Assembly: GCA_963827235.1 (NCBI GenBank)
Contig: CAWHAE010000012.1
Span: 160,001-224,000 of the forward strand
Direction of reading: 5' to 3'
DNA length: 64,000 nucleotides
From: an uncultured bacterium
GTDB lineage: Bacteria > Chloroflexota > UBA5177 > JANWHV01
The notes beneath the pieces were generated by a model, which worked only from the letters and a program-made list of their open reading frames with translations, was not told where the DNA came from and searched no databases. How positions within the stretch are numbered: position 1 is the first letter of the stretch; every line of letters starts with the position of its first letter. Positions 40,421 through 49,934 of the stretch are shown piece after piece. The position numbers were made by a program, and so were the translations under genes.

Positions 40421-41623
40421 TCACATGCCGTCCGGCCGAGCGCGCTGCGGCTCGATGTAGCGGCGAATGGCCAGCGCCGCCGCGGCGCCTTCTCCGGCGG
40501 CCGAAGCGGCCTGCTTCGTGCTGCCGGCCCGGCAGTCCCCGGCTGCGAAGACGCCCGCAAGGCTCGACTGCAGCATGCCGTCGGTGGTGACGAAGCCCAT
40601 CTCGTCGAGCTCAACCACGTCCCGCACGATGGCGGTATTGGGAGTGAGACCGATGAACACGAAGACTCCGTCCGGGTGCGTCTCGCGCGTGGCGCCGGTG
40701 CGTGTGTCTTTCAGCACCACGCTGCGCAGCCGTGAATCGCCGCGAAACTCGGTGGCCGTCGTATCGGTCAGGATCTCGAGCTGCGGATTCTCCTGCACCT
40801 TCTCCACCACCACCCTGCTGGCGGAGAGAGCATCGCCGCGATTGACGATGGTCACCTTGCGGGCGAACTTGGTCAGGAACAGACCCTCCTCGCCCGCGGA
40901 GTTGCCGCCTCCGATCACGAAGACGTCTTTGTCTCGGTAGAATGGTCCGTCGCAGGTGGCGCAGAAGTGCACGCCGGCGCCGATGAAGTCCTCTTCGCCG
41001 GGAATGCCGAGCCTGCGGTAGGTCGAGCCCAGGGCCAGCAGCACCGCCCAGGCGCAATACTGTTGGCCGTCGGCAGTGTCGACCACGCGGTACATGTCGT
41101 CGGTGCCGACGCGGGTGACCTCCTGGGCGGACAGGATCTCCACGCCGAAGCGCTCGGCCTGCTGGCGCAGGCGGCCGGCGAACTCGGCGCCCGACACGCC
41201 TTCCGGAAAGCCCGGGAAGTTGTCGAGCCGCTCCGTGATCCCGGCCTGGCCGCCTACCCCGGCCCGCTCGATCACCAGCGTGTCAATGCCCTCGCGTGCC
41301 GCGTAGAGCGCCGCCGTCAGGCCGGCGGGACCGCTGCCGACCACGATCAGATCGTAGAAGCGATTCTTGGCTGTCGTCTGCAGTCCCAGCTTGGCGGCGA
41401 GCTGGGCGTTCGACGGCTCGACCAGGGTCGATCCGTCGGCGAACACGATCACGGGGATGATCTGCTTGCCCCCGTTGACGCGCTCGACCACCGCCATGCC
41501 GTCCGCATCGCTGTCGACGTCCACGAATCTGTAGTGGACGCGCTGCTCGCCGAAGAACGTCTTGGCGCGCCGGCAATCGTTGCACCAGTATGTCCCGTAC
41601 AGGGTTATCCCGGCTTCATCCAT
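40421..41623 (-). CDS. trxB: Thioredoxin reductase with fused N-terminal glutaredoxin/NrdH-like domain
   Basis: N-terminal WCNDC...IPVI; GSGPAG, CATCDG, GGGNSA, FAAGD. Confidence 0.9.
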   Translation of the reverse strand: MDEAGITLYGTYWCNDCRRAKTFFGEQRVHYRFVDVDSDADGMAVVERVNGGKQIIPVIVFADGSTLVEPSNAQLAAKLGLQTTAKNRFYDLIVVGSGPAGLTAALYAAREGIDTLVIERAGVGGQAGITERLDNFPGFPEGVSGAEFAGRLRQQAERFGVEILSAQEVTRVGTDDMYRVVDTADGQQYCAWAVLLALGSTYRRLGIPGEEDFIGAGVHFCATCDGPFYRDKDVFVIGGGNSAGEEGLFLTKFARKVTIVNRGDALSASRVVVEKVQENPQLEILTDTTATEFRGDSRLRSVVLKDTRTGATRETHPDGVFVFIGLTPNTAIVRDVVELDEMGFVTTDGMLQSSLAGVFAAGDCRAGSTKQAASAAGEGAAAALAIRRYIEPQRARPDGM

Positions 41624-41766
41624 GTTCTGCTCTCCCATTCCCCGCCGAGCCCCTAAACCGGGGCACTGCGATCATAGTGCCAGGAGCCGGCGAAACCCGC
41701 TACCTTCTCGCGTATGATCACTACGCTGTCTTCTCAAACCGTGTCGCGTTACAACGAGGATGTTCA

Positions 41767-42480
41767 ATGGCCAGTCGCTCCGCACAACCGGACGAGCATT
41801 GTCCGGCGCTCCCGCAGGCTGAATCGCAGGATTGGTGGCGGCATCCCGTGCCGCTCGACCCATCGTTTCTGGCGCGGCCGGTAGCCATCGTGGCGCGCGA
41901 TCTGCTGGGCAAGCTCTTCATAAGGCACGAGCCGTCCGGCGATCTGCTGGTCGGGCGCATCGTCGAGACCGAAGCTTATGACGGCGCCACCGACGCGGCC
42001 AGCCACTCGTTCCGGGGCTGCACCAGGCGAAACGGCTCCATGTTCCTGCCCGCGGGACACGCTTACGTCTACCAGATCTACGGGCTCCACGCCATGCTCA
42101 ACGTGGTGACCAGCGTGCCGGGTTCGCCATCGGCGGTATTGATCCGTGGCCTCGAACCGCTGCACGGCCTGGAGATCATGCAAAGGCGACGATCCGTGGC
42201 CGGTGCCGATGGGCTCCTGCGCAGCCCGGCAAGCGTGGCTCGAGGGCTGGCGATCGACCGCGCGCTCGACGGGCACGATCTTGCCAATCCGCCGCTCCAG
42301 CTCGTGGACGGTGCCGGGGACGAGCGGCCGATCGTCGTCACCACGCGCATCGGTCTCTCGCCATCCCTGGACCCGGCATCTGCCGGTCTAGCCTGGCGGT
42401 TCTATCTGCTCGGCAGCGCCGGGGTATCGCGCCGGGATCGCGCCGCGGAGCGATCGATCATACAGCGATCCGGGACCTAA
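41767..42480 (+). CDS. 3-methyladenine DNA glycosylase (MPG/AAG family)
   Basis: GRIVETEAY, HAYVYQIYG, AVLIRGLEP, TTRIGL. Confidence 0.92.
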   Translation: MASRSAQPDEHCPALPQAESQDWWRHPVPLDPSFLARPVAIVARDLLGKLFIRHEPSGDLLVGRIVETEAYDGATDAASHSFRGCTRRNGSMFLPAGHAYVYQIYGLHAMLNVVTSVPGSPSAVLIRGLEPLHGLEIMQRRRSVAGADGLLRSPASVARGLAIDRALDGHDLANPPLQLVDGAGDERPIVVTTRIGLSPSLDPASAGLAWRFYLLGSAGVSRRDRAAERSIIQRSGT

Positions 42481-42597
42481 TCCGCTCGCGTCGAATCCCT
42501 TGGTGCGCCGACGCTATCTCCAAAGTCAGTAACGTACAAGATAGTATCTGATCTGGTAGCAGAAACGGCAGGCGCCGGCCCGTCCGGCGTATTGCCG

Positions 42598-43689
42598 CTA
42601 CTGTACCATGCCGCGCGCCGCTATCTCCCAGGTCTCCACCACTTCCTCGCCGCGCACGGCAAACACCCGATCGTGCAGGTTGACACAGACGCAGCAATGG
42701 TTCGGCACCACGCGCAGGCGGCTGCCGATGGGCAGCCGGCTACCCTCGGGCATCGTGATCACGCCGTGCTCTTCGCTCAGCCTGGCGACCAGGTAGTCCT
42801 CGTGGCCGATCACGGCTCCGAAGCCGGGAGAGCGCACGGCGACGTCACTGCTCAACGTCTTGGAACCCGAGTCGATAACCGCGCGAGTCGTCGTGGGCCG
42901 GCTCACCACGGTGGTCAGCACGGTCAGGGCACATTGATCGAGGTTGCTCCAGCCGGCAGCCACCTGTGTGCGGTCGGAGAAGACATAGGTGCCCGGCCGG
43001 ATCTCCGTGATCCCGGGAACCTGGGCGGCCGCGGGGCCGGCGGGCGTGCCCGCCACGCTCAGCTCGGGCACGGCGAAACCCTGCTGCCGCATCGCTACGG
43101 CGACGCCCACGAGATGCCGGGCCTCCGCCACGCCGGCGGCTCTGATGCTCTCGACGTCCGGCTGGTCTTTGCTCTGCCCGGCGTACTCCATGAGCCCGAC
43201 CAGCTCGACGCCGGGTAACCGCTCCATCTGCCTTGCCAGCTCGATTACCTGCTCGGGCGACTGCAGGCCGCAGCGCTCCATGCCGCTTTCCACTTCCAGG
43301 CGCACGCCGATGCGCAATCCGTGGCTGGCCGCGGTGCGCGAGATACCCTCGACCACCTCGAAGGAGTCGGCCGCCACGCGTACTTTGGCGTGGGCGGCGA
43401 GCCGGCAGAGCCGCTCCCACTTCAGCTCGCCCCACAGGGGAAAGGCGATGAAGAGATCCTCGATCCCGTGCTGCGCGAATACCTCGGCCTCGCCGAGCTT
43501 CGCCACCGAGAGGCCCGAACTGCCCGCGGCAACCTGCATGCAGCCGATCGCGGGAATCTTGTGCGTCTTGGCATGCGGTCGTATGTCGGTACCCGTGGTC
43601 CGCCCGATCTCCGCCATGCGCCGGATGTTCGCGTGCATGCGATCGAGATCGACGATCAGGCTGGGTGTATCGAGCTCGGCAATGTTCAC
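42598..43689 (-). CDS. Fold-type III PLP enzyme (D-threonine aldolase / D-serine dehydratase, DSD1 family)
   Basis: RPHAKTHK, EIRPGTYVF, IDSGSK, SEEHG, PNHCC. Confidence 0.92.
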   Translation of the reverse strand: MNIAELDTPSLIVDLDRMHANIRRMAEIGRTTGTDIRPHAKTHKIPAIGCMQVAAGSSGLSVAKLGEAEVFAQHGIEDLFIAFPLWGELKWERLCRLAAHAKVRVAADSFEVVEGISRTAASHGLRIGVRLEVESGMERCGLQSPEQVIELARQMERLPGVELVGLMEYAGQSKDQPDVESIRAAGVAEARHLVGVAVAMRQQGFAVPELSVAGTPAGPAAAQVPGITEIRPGTYVFSDRTQVAAGWSNLDQCALTVLTTVVSRPTTTRAVIDSGSKTLSSDVAVRSPGFGAVIGHEDYLVARLSEEHGVITMPEGSRLPIGSRLRVVPNHCCVCVNLHDRVFAVRGEEVVETWEIAARGMVQ

Positions 43690-43935
43690 GTCATGTCTCC
43701 TCGTTAGGATTTACAGCCACCGTCCGAGATGGGATGGTAGCAGACGATACTCGCGGCCGTGACAAATTCTCAAGTCGGCCCAATTCATGGTCATGGTGAA
43801 GACCGCGGCCACCGCGGATGCCGCCTTCAATGCCAACAGCACTGGGATACTCGAGGAAGGTCCGCCGCTGGTTGGGAACGTGAAGTTCAGCCCGGCGCAG
43901 TTCAATGGCGACACCTATATCGTGGGGTCGGCGAC

Positions 43936-46479
43936 TCACGCGCCGGCCCGATCCTCGCCTCCTTGCTCGACCGGCGTCCGCTTCAACGGCCAGTAGTGAC
44001 CGCTTCCCGCGATGGTGGCGCAGGCCGGCACGAAGAACCCGAGCATGATCACCGTGTAGAGCAGCAGGCCGATGATGATGCCCGTACCGATCTCGAGCAG
44101 CGTCGTCATGCCGGAGGCTGTGAGCGAGCCGAAGGTGCCCGCCATGATCATCGCGGCCGAGAAGATCACGATGCCCATCGCTCGCAGGGTAGCGTTCATG
44201 GCTGCGCCGGCGTTCGACCGGCGGACGTACTCCTCGTCATAGCGAGACATCAGGAAGATGCTGTAGTCCACGCCCAGAGCGACGAGCAGGAAGAACATGA
44301 AGAACGGCACCGCCCAGCTCACGCCCGGCTTGCCCACGACGTCGACGAAGACCCATTGTATCGCCGTCATGGTGACGAAATAGGCTATCACCAGAGAGAA
44401 GATCACGTAGAGCGGTGCCACCACCGACCGGAGTAGCGCGATGAGCAGCACGAGCACGGTCACCAGCACCAGTACGGCCGTGCGCAGGAAATCGTCCTGC
44501 GAGACGTTGTTGAGATTCCACTGCTCCGGCGTCGTCTGCGCCGGGCGCACCGTCCCCGTGTTGATCGGGCTGGCCGAGAGCGCCACTTGGGCCGCGTCGA
44601 CCAGTCTGGGTACTGCGTCGATCGCGGTCTCCGCGTAGGGATTGCCCTTCAGGATCACCGTGATCTTGGCGATGTGCCCATCGGGAGAGATGTAGGCGTC
44701 GAGCGCCTGCCGGAGCGTCGCGTTCTGGTCGATCGCCGGCGCCGGCACGTAGAACCCCGGATCGCCCTGCGCCTCCGCGCCGGCGCCAGCCGCGAGCGCG
44801 TCGTGCAGCCGGACCGCGGTGGCGGCCAGGCGGGCGGCGCCCTGTGCCTCCTGCCGCAGGGCGATGTTCACTCTGCCCAGGGACTGCGCGAGCAACGTCG
44901 AAGTGCCGCCGCGCGCGGCAACGCTCTGTTGAATCTGCTGCAGCCCGCTGGCGCTCGCGCTCAGCCCGGAGGCGAGCTGCGTCGCTCCCGACTGCAGGGC
45001 CGCGATGCCCTGGGCAACCTGGGAGTCGCGCGTGGTGAGCCGGAAGGCAGCGATGGGACTTCCGGCCGGTTGCGAGGCGCTATCGATTTCCTGTACCACG
45101 CTCTGCGCGGCCAAGGTCTGCGAGATGCGATTGATCGTGGTCAACCCGGCGGGAGTGTGCAGGTTCGAGCTCGTCTGCAGCACGATCGACATGGGCAAGG
45201 CTCGACCGGTGCCGAAGCCCTGGGATACCGCGTGCAGGCCCTCGATAGAGGGCAGCGAGCTGCTATATTCCGCCAGCGGATCGAACGTGCGCTGGCCCTG
45301 AAAGAAGAGCGCGATCGGCGCCAGGATGACCAGGACCACGGCCACGGTTATCCAGGGCTTGGCCGTGGCAACGCGCGCGGTCCAACCCCAGATGCGGGAG
45401 TCGGGGTGCTCGGCGCCGGGCTTGGGGTGCCGCGGCCAGAACAACGCGGGGCCGAGCACGCCGAGCAGAGCCGGTACGAGCGTGAAGCAGGCGAGCAGCG
45501 TGATCGCCAGCCCGATACATACACCTGCGGCGCTCCTGTAGATGCCGAATCCGGCGAAGAAGAGCGTCGTGAACGATACGAGCACGGTAAGCCCGCTGAA
45601 CACTACCGTCTTGCCAACGCCGGCCAGCGTGCGGTCCAGCGCAGAGTGTCGATCGCCTTGTTTCAGGTACAGCTCCTCGCGGAAGCGCGACAGGAAGAGC
45701 AGGCAGTAGTCCGTGCCGGCACCGAAGAGCACGGCGATCAGGAAGGTCTGCGTGAACGACGAGACGGGCAGGCCGTGCTCGCCCAGGACCGCGACGATAC
45801 GGCTCGTGGTCAGAAAGCTCAAGCCGATGGCGACCAGGGGCACCAGCGCGGCCAGCGGCGCGCGGTAGACCACGAGCAGGATGAGGAGCACGAGCAGCAC
45901 GGTCACGCCGCCCGTCTTCTGCACGCCGTCCTGGCTCGCCTTGACCGTGTCTCGCCTGATCGCGGCATCGCCGGTCACGTACGTCCTGGTACCCGCGGGC
46001 GGATTAGCCAGGGCATCGCGCAGCGCCACCACGCCGTTCATGCTGGCGTCGCTCATGCTGTCGGTGGGAAACCCGGCCACCGCCAGCACGGTGCATCCGT
46101 CCTTGCTCACGAATTGGGACCTGAGCGCCGCGCCGACCACGTTTGCGTCGACGATGCTCGAGAGGTTGTACGTGGAGGCGTGCGAGCCGATGCGGCGCAC
46201 TGCCTGAGAGAAGTAGCTGAGCTGCGCCGGGGTCAATGTGCCGTCGCCCTGGAGCACTAGCACGGCAGAGCTCCGCGCGTGGTGCGTGGGATCGACGCGC
46301 TGCAGCAGGTTTTCGGCCTGGATCACCGTCGACGAATCGGGCAGATTGGGTACCGCGTGGTGTGTGACCACCGATCCGAGATCGGGCAGGGCGAGCGTGA
46401 CGACGGCAAGCAGTGCTAGCCACAAGACCAGCACCAGCCACCGTGCTCTGTACGCGGTACCCCCGATGAGTCGCAGCAT
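43936..46479 (-). CDS. MMPL family transporter
   Basis: GAGTDYCLLFLSRFREE and ALGVDYSIFLMSR in two TM halves. Confidence 0.93.
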   Translation of the reverse strand: MLRLIGGTAYRARWLVLVLWLALLAVVTLALPDLGSVVTHHAVPNLPDSSTVIQAENLLQRVDPTHHARSSAVLVLQGDGTLTPAQLSYFSQAVRRIGSHASTYNLSSIVDANVVGAALRSQFVSKDGCTVLAVAGFPTDSMSDASMNGVVALRDALANPPAGTRTYVTGDAAIRRDTVKASQDGVQKTGGVTVLLVLLILLVVYRAPLAALVPLVAIGLSFLTTSRIVAVLGEHGLPVSSFTQTFLIAVLFGAGTDYCLLFLSRFREELYLKQGDRHSALDRTLAGVGKTVVFSGLTVLVSFTTLFFAGFGIYRSAAGVCIGLAITLLACFTLVPALLGVLGPALFWPRHPKPGAEHPDSRIWGWTARVATAKPWITVAVVLVILAPIALFFQGQRTFDPLAEYSSSLPSIEGLHAVSQGFGTGRALPMSIVLQTSSNLHTPAGLTTINRISQTLAAQSVVQEIDSASQPAGSPIAAFRLTTRDSQVAQGIAALQSGATQLASGLSASASGLQQIQQSVAARGGTSTLLAQSLGRVNIALRQEAQGAARLAATAVRLHDALAAGAGAEAQGDPGFYVPAPAIDQNATLRQALDAYISPDGHIAKITVILKGNPYAETAIDAVPRLVDAAQVALSASPINTGTVRPAQTTPEQWNLNNVSQDDFLRTAVLVLVTVLVLLIALLRSVVAPLYVIFSLVIAYFVTMTAIQWVFVDVVGKPGVSWAVPFFMFFLLVALGVDYSIFLMSRYDEEYVRRSNAGAAMNATLRAMGIVIFSAAMIMAGTFGSLTASGMTTLLEIGTGIIIGLLLYTVIMLGFFVPACATIAGSGHYWPLKRTPVEQGGEDRAGA

Positions 46480-46508
46480 CGTGACGCTCCTTCGCAGCAG
46501 CAGGGAAT

Positions 46509-46557
46509 TGACACAGTGTCAGTTGTTGAGTATACGCAAGATTGACAATCTGTCAAT
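46509..46557. promoter_or_regulatory. Two TetR operators between mmpL and tetR
   Basis: TGACAC-A-GTGTCA (46509-46521) and ATTGACA-ATC-TGTCAAT (46541-46557), shared core TGACA-N3-TGTCA. Confidence 0.72.
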
Positions 46558-46651
46558 GGGAGATTACGATCTCTCAACGAGCCCGGGCGCACGTTGGGGC
46601 TCCGGCTGCGGCTGCGAACCCGCGGTTCCACGAGCGGGAGGGGAGAGACCT

Positions 46652-47248
46652 GTGCGTGCAAGCGACCGGCGGCAGCAGATTCTCGCTGCCGCTCAGGATC
46701 TGTTCATCGAGCGCGGATTCGAACAGGTCACCATGGGTGATATCGCTGCCCGCCTGGGTACGTCCCGCCCGACCATCTACACGTACTTCGCCACCACGTC
46801 CGCCATCCTGGGGGCGCTCTTCGAGAGCGGCCTCGAGCGCCTGTGGGCGCGGCTGGAACCGGTCGTGGCTGCTGCCCAGTCCGAGCCGACCTTGACAGCA
46901 GATCAGTCGGTGATTTCCATCGCCTTCGACGTGCTGATTGACGAGCCCGGCTTCCTAGCCGTTCTGCACAGCGGCGGCGCGCCGGACTTCCAGCGCCGGC
47001 GACGGCATCTGCTCAACGAGCGGATTGCATCCCTCGTCGAGCCGTATCTGCGGCCGGAGCACGGGCCGTATGACGTGCCGATGCTGGTGACGCTGCTCGA
47101 AGGCATGGCCCACTGGGCCCTCGCCGAAGGCGTGACCGACCCCGGCTCCTTGAAAGCCAGCCTGACCAACCTTTTGCGCCACGGCCTGACCCACCCGATA
47201 CGTCTTCCGCAGCCGGGTGCCCAGGACGATCCGAAGCGAGCGGAATAG
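46652..47248 (+). CDS. TetR/AcrR family transcriptional regulator
   Basis: GFEQVTMGDIAARLGTSRPTIYTYF HTH; GTG start after GGGGAG. Confidence 0.9.
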   Translation: MRASDRRQQILAAAQDLFIERGFEQVTMGDIAARLGTSRPTIYTYFATTSAILGALFESGLERLWARLEPVVAAAQSEPTLTADQSVISIAFDVLIDEPGFLAVLHSGGAPDFQRRRRHLLNERIASLVEPYLRPEHGPYDVPMLVTLLEGMAHWALAEGVTDPGSLKASLTNLLRHGLTHPIRLPQPGAQDDPKRAE

Positions 47249-47430
47249 CCTGATCTGCCCTGGCAGCCCGGTCTGAAGGCAAAGCCTACCCGCGCTACGG
47301 CGCCGTACGACAGGCCGGTGAGATCGAGCATCACAGAGCTGGTGCCGGCCGATGCGAAGCAGAACGCGGTGGGCCGGCGGGTGTCAATAGCGGAGCATCC
47401 AGCGCCCTATCGGCGAACGGCAGACCCGTT

Positions 47431-48219
47431 TCAGGCAGGAGTCGGCCGGTTGGGAGCGCCTGCGACGATCGGCCGCGACGCGAGGTCCTCGAGGCTGCGT
47501 AGGAAGCAGACCTCGCCGTGACGGTTGCACTCGCGCACCCAGTCGCGTAGGGCGCTGCTGGCGGCAAGCTGTGCCGAGACGTCGCCGATGACAGCCAGCT
47601 TGAGGCGATAGTTGGCCAGCTTCTGCACCATCTCGCCGGCCACGCCCGAGCGGAGCTGGAAGAAGTCCGCGACCAGTCGGCCGGCGGGCACGGCGATCGT
47701 GGTGGCGCTTGCGCTCAGCGCTTCGCCGATCAGGTCGACGACGCTTTGGCCGGTGGCGAGGGCGGGTCCCGCGGCTTCCAGGCAGAGCACGCGCTCGGCT
47801 CCCACCTCGATCGGCTGCGATGTATCGCCTTCGGTCCAGCCGGACAACCGGCATAGCTCCCTGGCATCCTCCTGCCCTATGGCTTGCAGTCCGAAGGCGA
47901 AGTTGCCGTGCCTCCGCCTGAACGTGCGAAACCACTCGGTCTGGGGAAGCGGCACCGGCGGCACAAACAGGCGACCCGTCGTGCCGCTCAGGTACAGCCT
48001 GAAATCGGGATCGTCGCACAACCCGAACTCGTCGGCCACGAAGACCAGACTGATGTGATAGGACGCTGGACTGCCCACGCCCTCCAGGAGCCACACCGTG
48101 TCGCCCAGGAGATTGGCTACGAACCTGTCCGGCTTCCTGGTATACACGCTCAGATCAGCCGGATCTCCTGCCAGTGTCCCCCTCTTGCCGGCATTGTGAT
48201 ACTGGACGAAGTGCCGCAT
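47431..48219 (-). CDS. Fusion of an unassigned (possibly PUA/EVE-like) N-terminal domain and a C-terminal DUF4180 domain
   Basis: C-term DFFQLRSGVAGEMVQKLANY...GDVS...ECNR (DUF4180); N-term HFVQYHN...GDTVWLLEG...WF...GNFAFGLQ. Confidence 0.7.
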   Translation of the reverse strand: MRHFVQYHNAGKRGTLAGDPADLSVYTRKPDRFVANLLGDTVWLLEGVGSPASYHISLVFVADEFGLCDDPDFRLYLSGTTGRLFVPPVPLPQTEWFRTFRRRHGNFAFGLQAIGQEDARELCRLSGWTEGDTSQPIEVGAERVLCLEAAGPALATGQSVVDLIGEALSASATTIAVPAGRLVADFFQLRSGVAGEMVQKLANYRLKLAVIGDVSAQLAASSALRDWVRECNRHGEVCFLRSLEDLASRPIVAGAPNRPTPA

Positions 48220-48761
48220 CGCGGACCTCAACTCCCGATTCCGGGCACCGGCATTGAATCGCCGGCACTCGGGCTTGACATACCACCCGAGCCGGGGGGC
48301 CGGCGCGCCTTCGTTGCTCGCGCCGGTGGCCGCCACGGGCTCGCGGAGCAGCTGAAAGGAAGTGCCCGTTCGCTGCATCACTGGTGACGGCATTGTACCA
48401 CCGAGGATCCCACGGGCAGCGTCGCTCCTCCTCCTGGGGCCGCTCAGGCAGCTTGCCGAGCCCGTTCGCGCCGCGAGGCAAGCGGGACGCTCGCCGTCCA
48501 GGCGCGCAGCGAATCCCGGCGCTCCCGGTGTGACCGCCATCAGTGTCGCAATCGTGACGAGGCCGTGTCCGGTTTCACAGCGATGGGAGACATGCTCGGC
48601 GATTCTCGGGCCGCAGGGACGACCGCGCTCCCTGCGATCGCCGGACCGAAGTTCTGGAGCACGGCGACGCTCCTGAGGGCGAATCCGCTAAGCACCGTGG
48701 CCTGCTCGCAGGTAGACTGAAGCAGAGCCCCCATCCCCTTTTCGCTGGCGGGAGTGCATCT

Positions 48762-49364
48762 GTGGTGCCGCAACTCGATTTCAGACCCGTGACGGCGACG
48801 CGCCATGCCCTCAAGGAGTGGGCCGTGGCGGTCGATGCCCTCCGCGACGGGGATAGCCTGCTCACCGTGAGAAAAGGGGGCATCCGCGAGGCAGGACGCG
48901 AGTTCCGCATGGAGCATCGCCTGTTCGTGCTCTTCCCCACCTTCGAGCATCAGAACGCCGCGCAGGTCGGTGCCCGCTATCAGGAGCGTCTCCAACGGGT
49001 GATCGCCGCGGCACCCGAGGCAGGCTTGGCCACCATTACGGCCTGGGCCGAGGTGACCGACGTCGTGGAGGTGACCGGCGACGAGGCCGTGCGCGCGGTC
49101 GCCGAGTTCTCCGTGTTCTCGCCGGCCTATGCCATCGAGCGCCTGCAGTGGCGGCCCAAGAAGCCGCTGTCCGTTCTGGTGCTGCGCGTGCACCGGCTGG
49201 CCGAGTCGGTCACGCTGGAGGTCTTGCCCACCTACGGCGGCTGCAAGTCCTGGATCGACCTCGAGCCCGAGATCGCCCTGGATCCATCCGTTGCGGCGCT
49301 GGACGACCGCGCGTTCGAGGATGCTCGTCGCCGCGCGCTGGCGCGTCTTCCCGCTTCCGAGTAA
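48762..49364 (+). CDS. DUF1802 family protein
   Basis: ALKEWA, RKGGIRE, LFPTFEHQ, YGGCKSWI. Confidence 0.88.
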   Translation: MVPQLDFRPVTATRHALKEWAVAVDALRDGDSLLTVRKGGIREAGREFRMEHRLFVLFPTFEHQNAAQVGARYQERLQRVIAAAPEAGLATITAWAEVTDVVEVTGDEAVRAVAEFSVFSPAYAIERLQWRPKKPLSVLVLRVHRLAESVTLEVLPTYGGCKSWIDLEPEIALDPSVAALDDRAFEDARRRALARLPASE

Positions 49365-49459
49365 AGACCTCATTAACCGCGCTGGGCGTTGCGGGGGCTG
49401 AGTCGTGGGCCGGCCGCCGCGCGGCAGGCCCGGCAGAGGGGACACACCGGAGAGAGAAC

Positions 49460-49493
49460 AAAAAAAGGGCTGCCCACTCAGGGTGGGCAGCCC
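49460..49493 (-). terminator. Intrinsic terminator for a minus-strand transcript
   Basis: 11-bp perfect stem GGGCTGCCCAC/GTGGGCAGCCC, 5-nt loop, followed by T7 on the minus strand. Confidence 0.85.
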
Positions 49494-49606
49494 GATCCGC
49501 GTCCGCTTGGGTCGACGGCCGGAAGTCTCCGGCTATTCCCTGGATCCGCGACCGCTTTCAGCGCCGTTCTCACCGCCGCCACCCTCCTCCGCTCGTCCTC
49601 AACTCT
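49460..49606 (-). ncRNA. Candidate ~147-nt small RNA (or 31-aa peptide mRNA) divergent from the WYL gene
   Basis: TACAAT -10 at 49618-49613, purine-rich 5' part, hairpin GCCGGA-GACT-TCCGGC, ends in a strong terminator; no long ORF. Confidence 0.5.
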
Positions 49607-49624
49607 GTTAGTATTGTACTCCTG

Positions 49625-49649
49625 CATTAGGGCATATCCGGTCCTAATG
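49625..49649. promoter_or_regulatory. Putative WYL (YafY) operator 1
   Basis: CATTAGG-GCATATCCGGT-CCTAATG palindrome; repeated at 49740. Confidence 0.7.
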
Positions 49650-49715
49650 GGGGACATAATCCACGAGATTTCGGCGGTCTGGTGCGGCGCCGCTTCCCCG
49701 TGCCGTGTCGTCGGT

Positions 49716-49763
49716 TGTGCGTATACTGAAGCGAGCCATATTAGGGCATCAATGGTCCTAATG
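49716..49763 (+). promoter_or_regulatory. -10 box of the WYL gene followed by putative WYL operator 2
   Basis: TATACT 49722-49727; ATTAGGGCATCAATGGTCCTAATG 49740-49763. Confidence 0.65.
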
Positions 49764-49934
49764 ATCGGGCGCGAGGTGGCTCTTGGGGCCTGGGAATAGC
49801 CGGCGGCCGGGCTGTTCCCCGCCGCGGCTCGTGTATGCCGGAATCGACGTCACCGCGGTCGCCGGGAAGGCGGCCGCTGGTTGCCGGCAGGCGCCTCATG
49901 CCTGCGTTCGATCGTCGAATGGAGCGGTTGTGCG

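Noticed and set aside
49460-49606. Assignment to a known RNA class (tRNA, SRP, 6S, Y RNA, riboswitch)
   Set aside because: No cloverleaf, no 5'-3' closing helix, and no closely following gene on that strand
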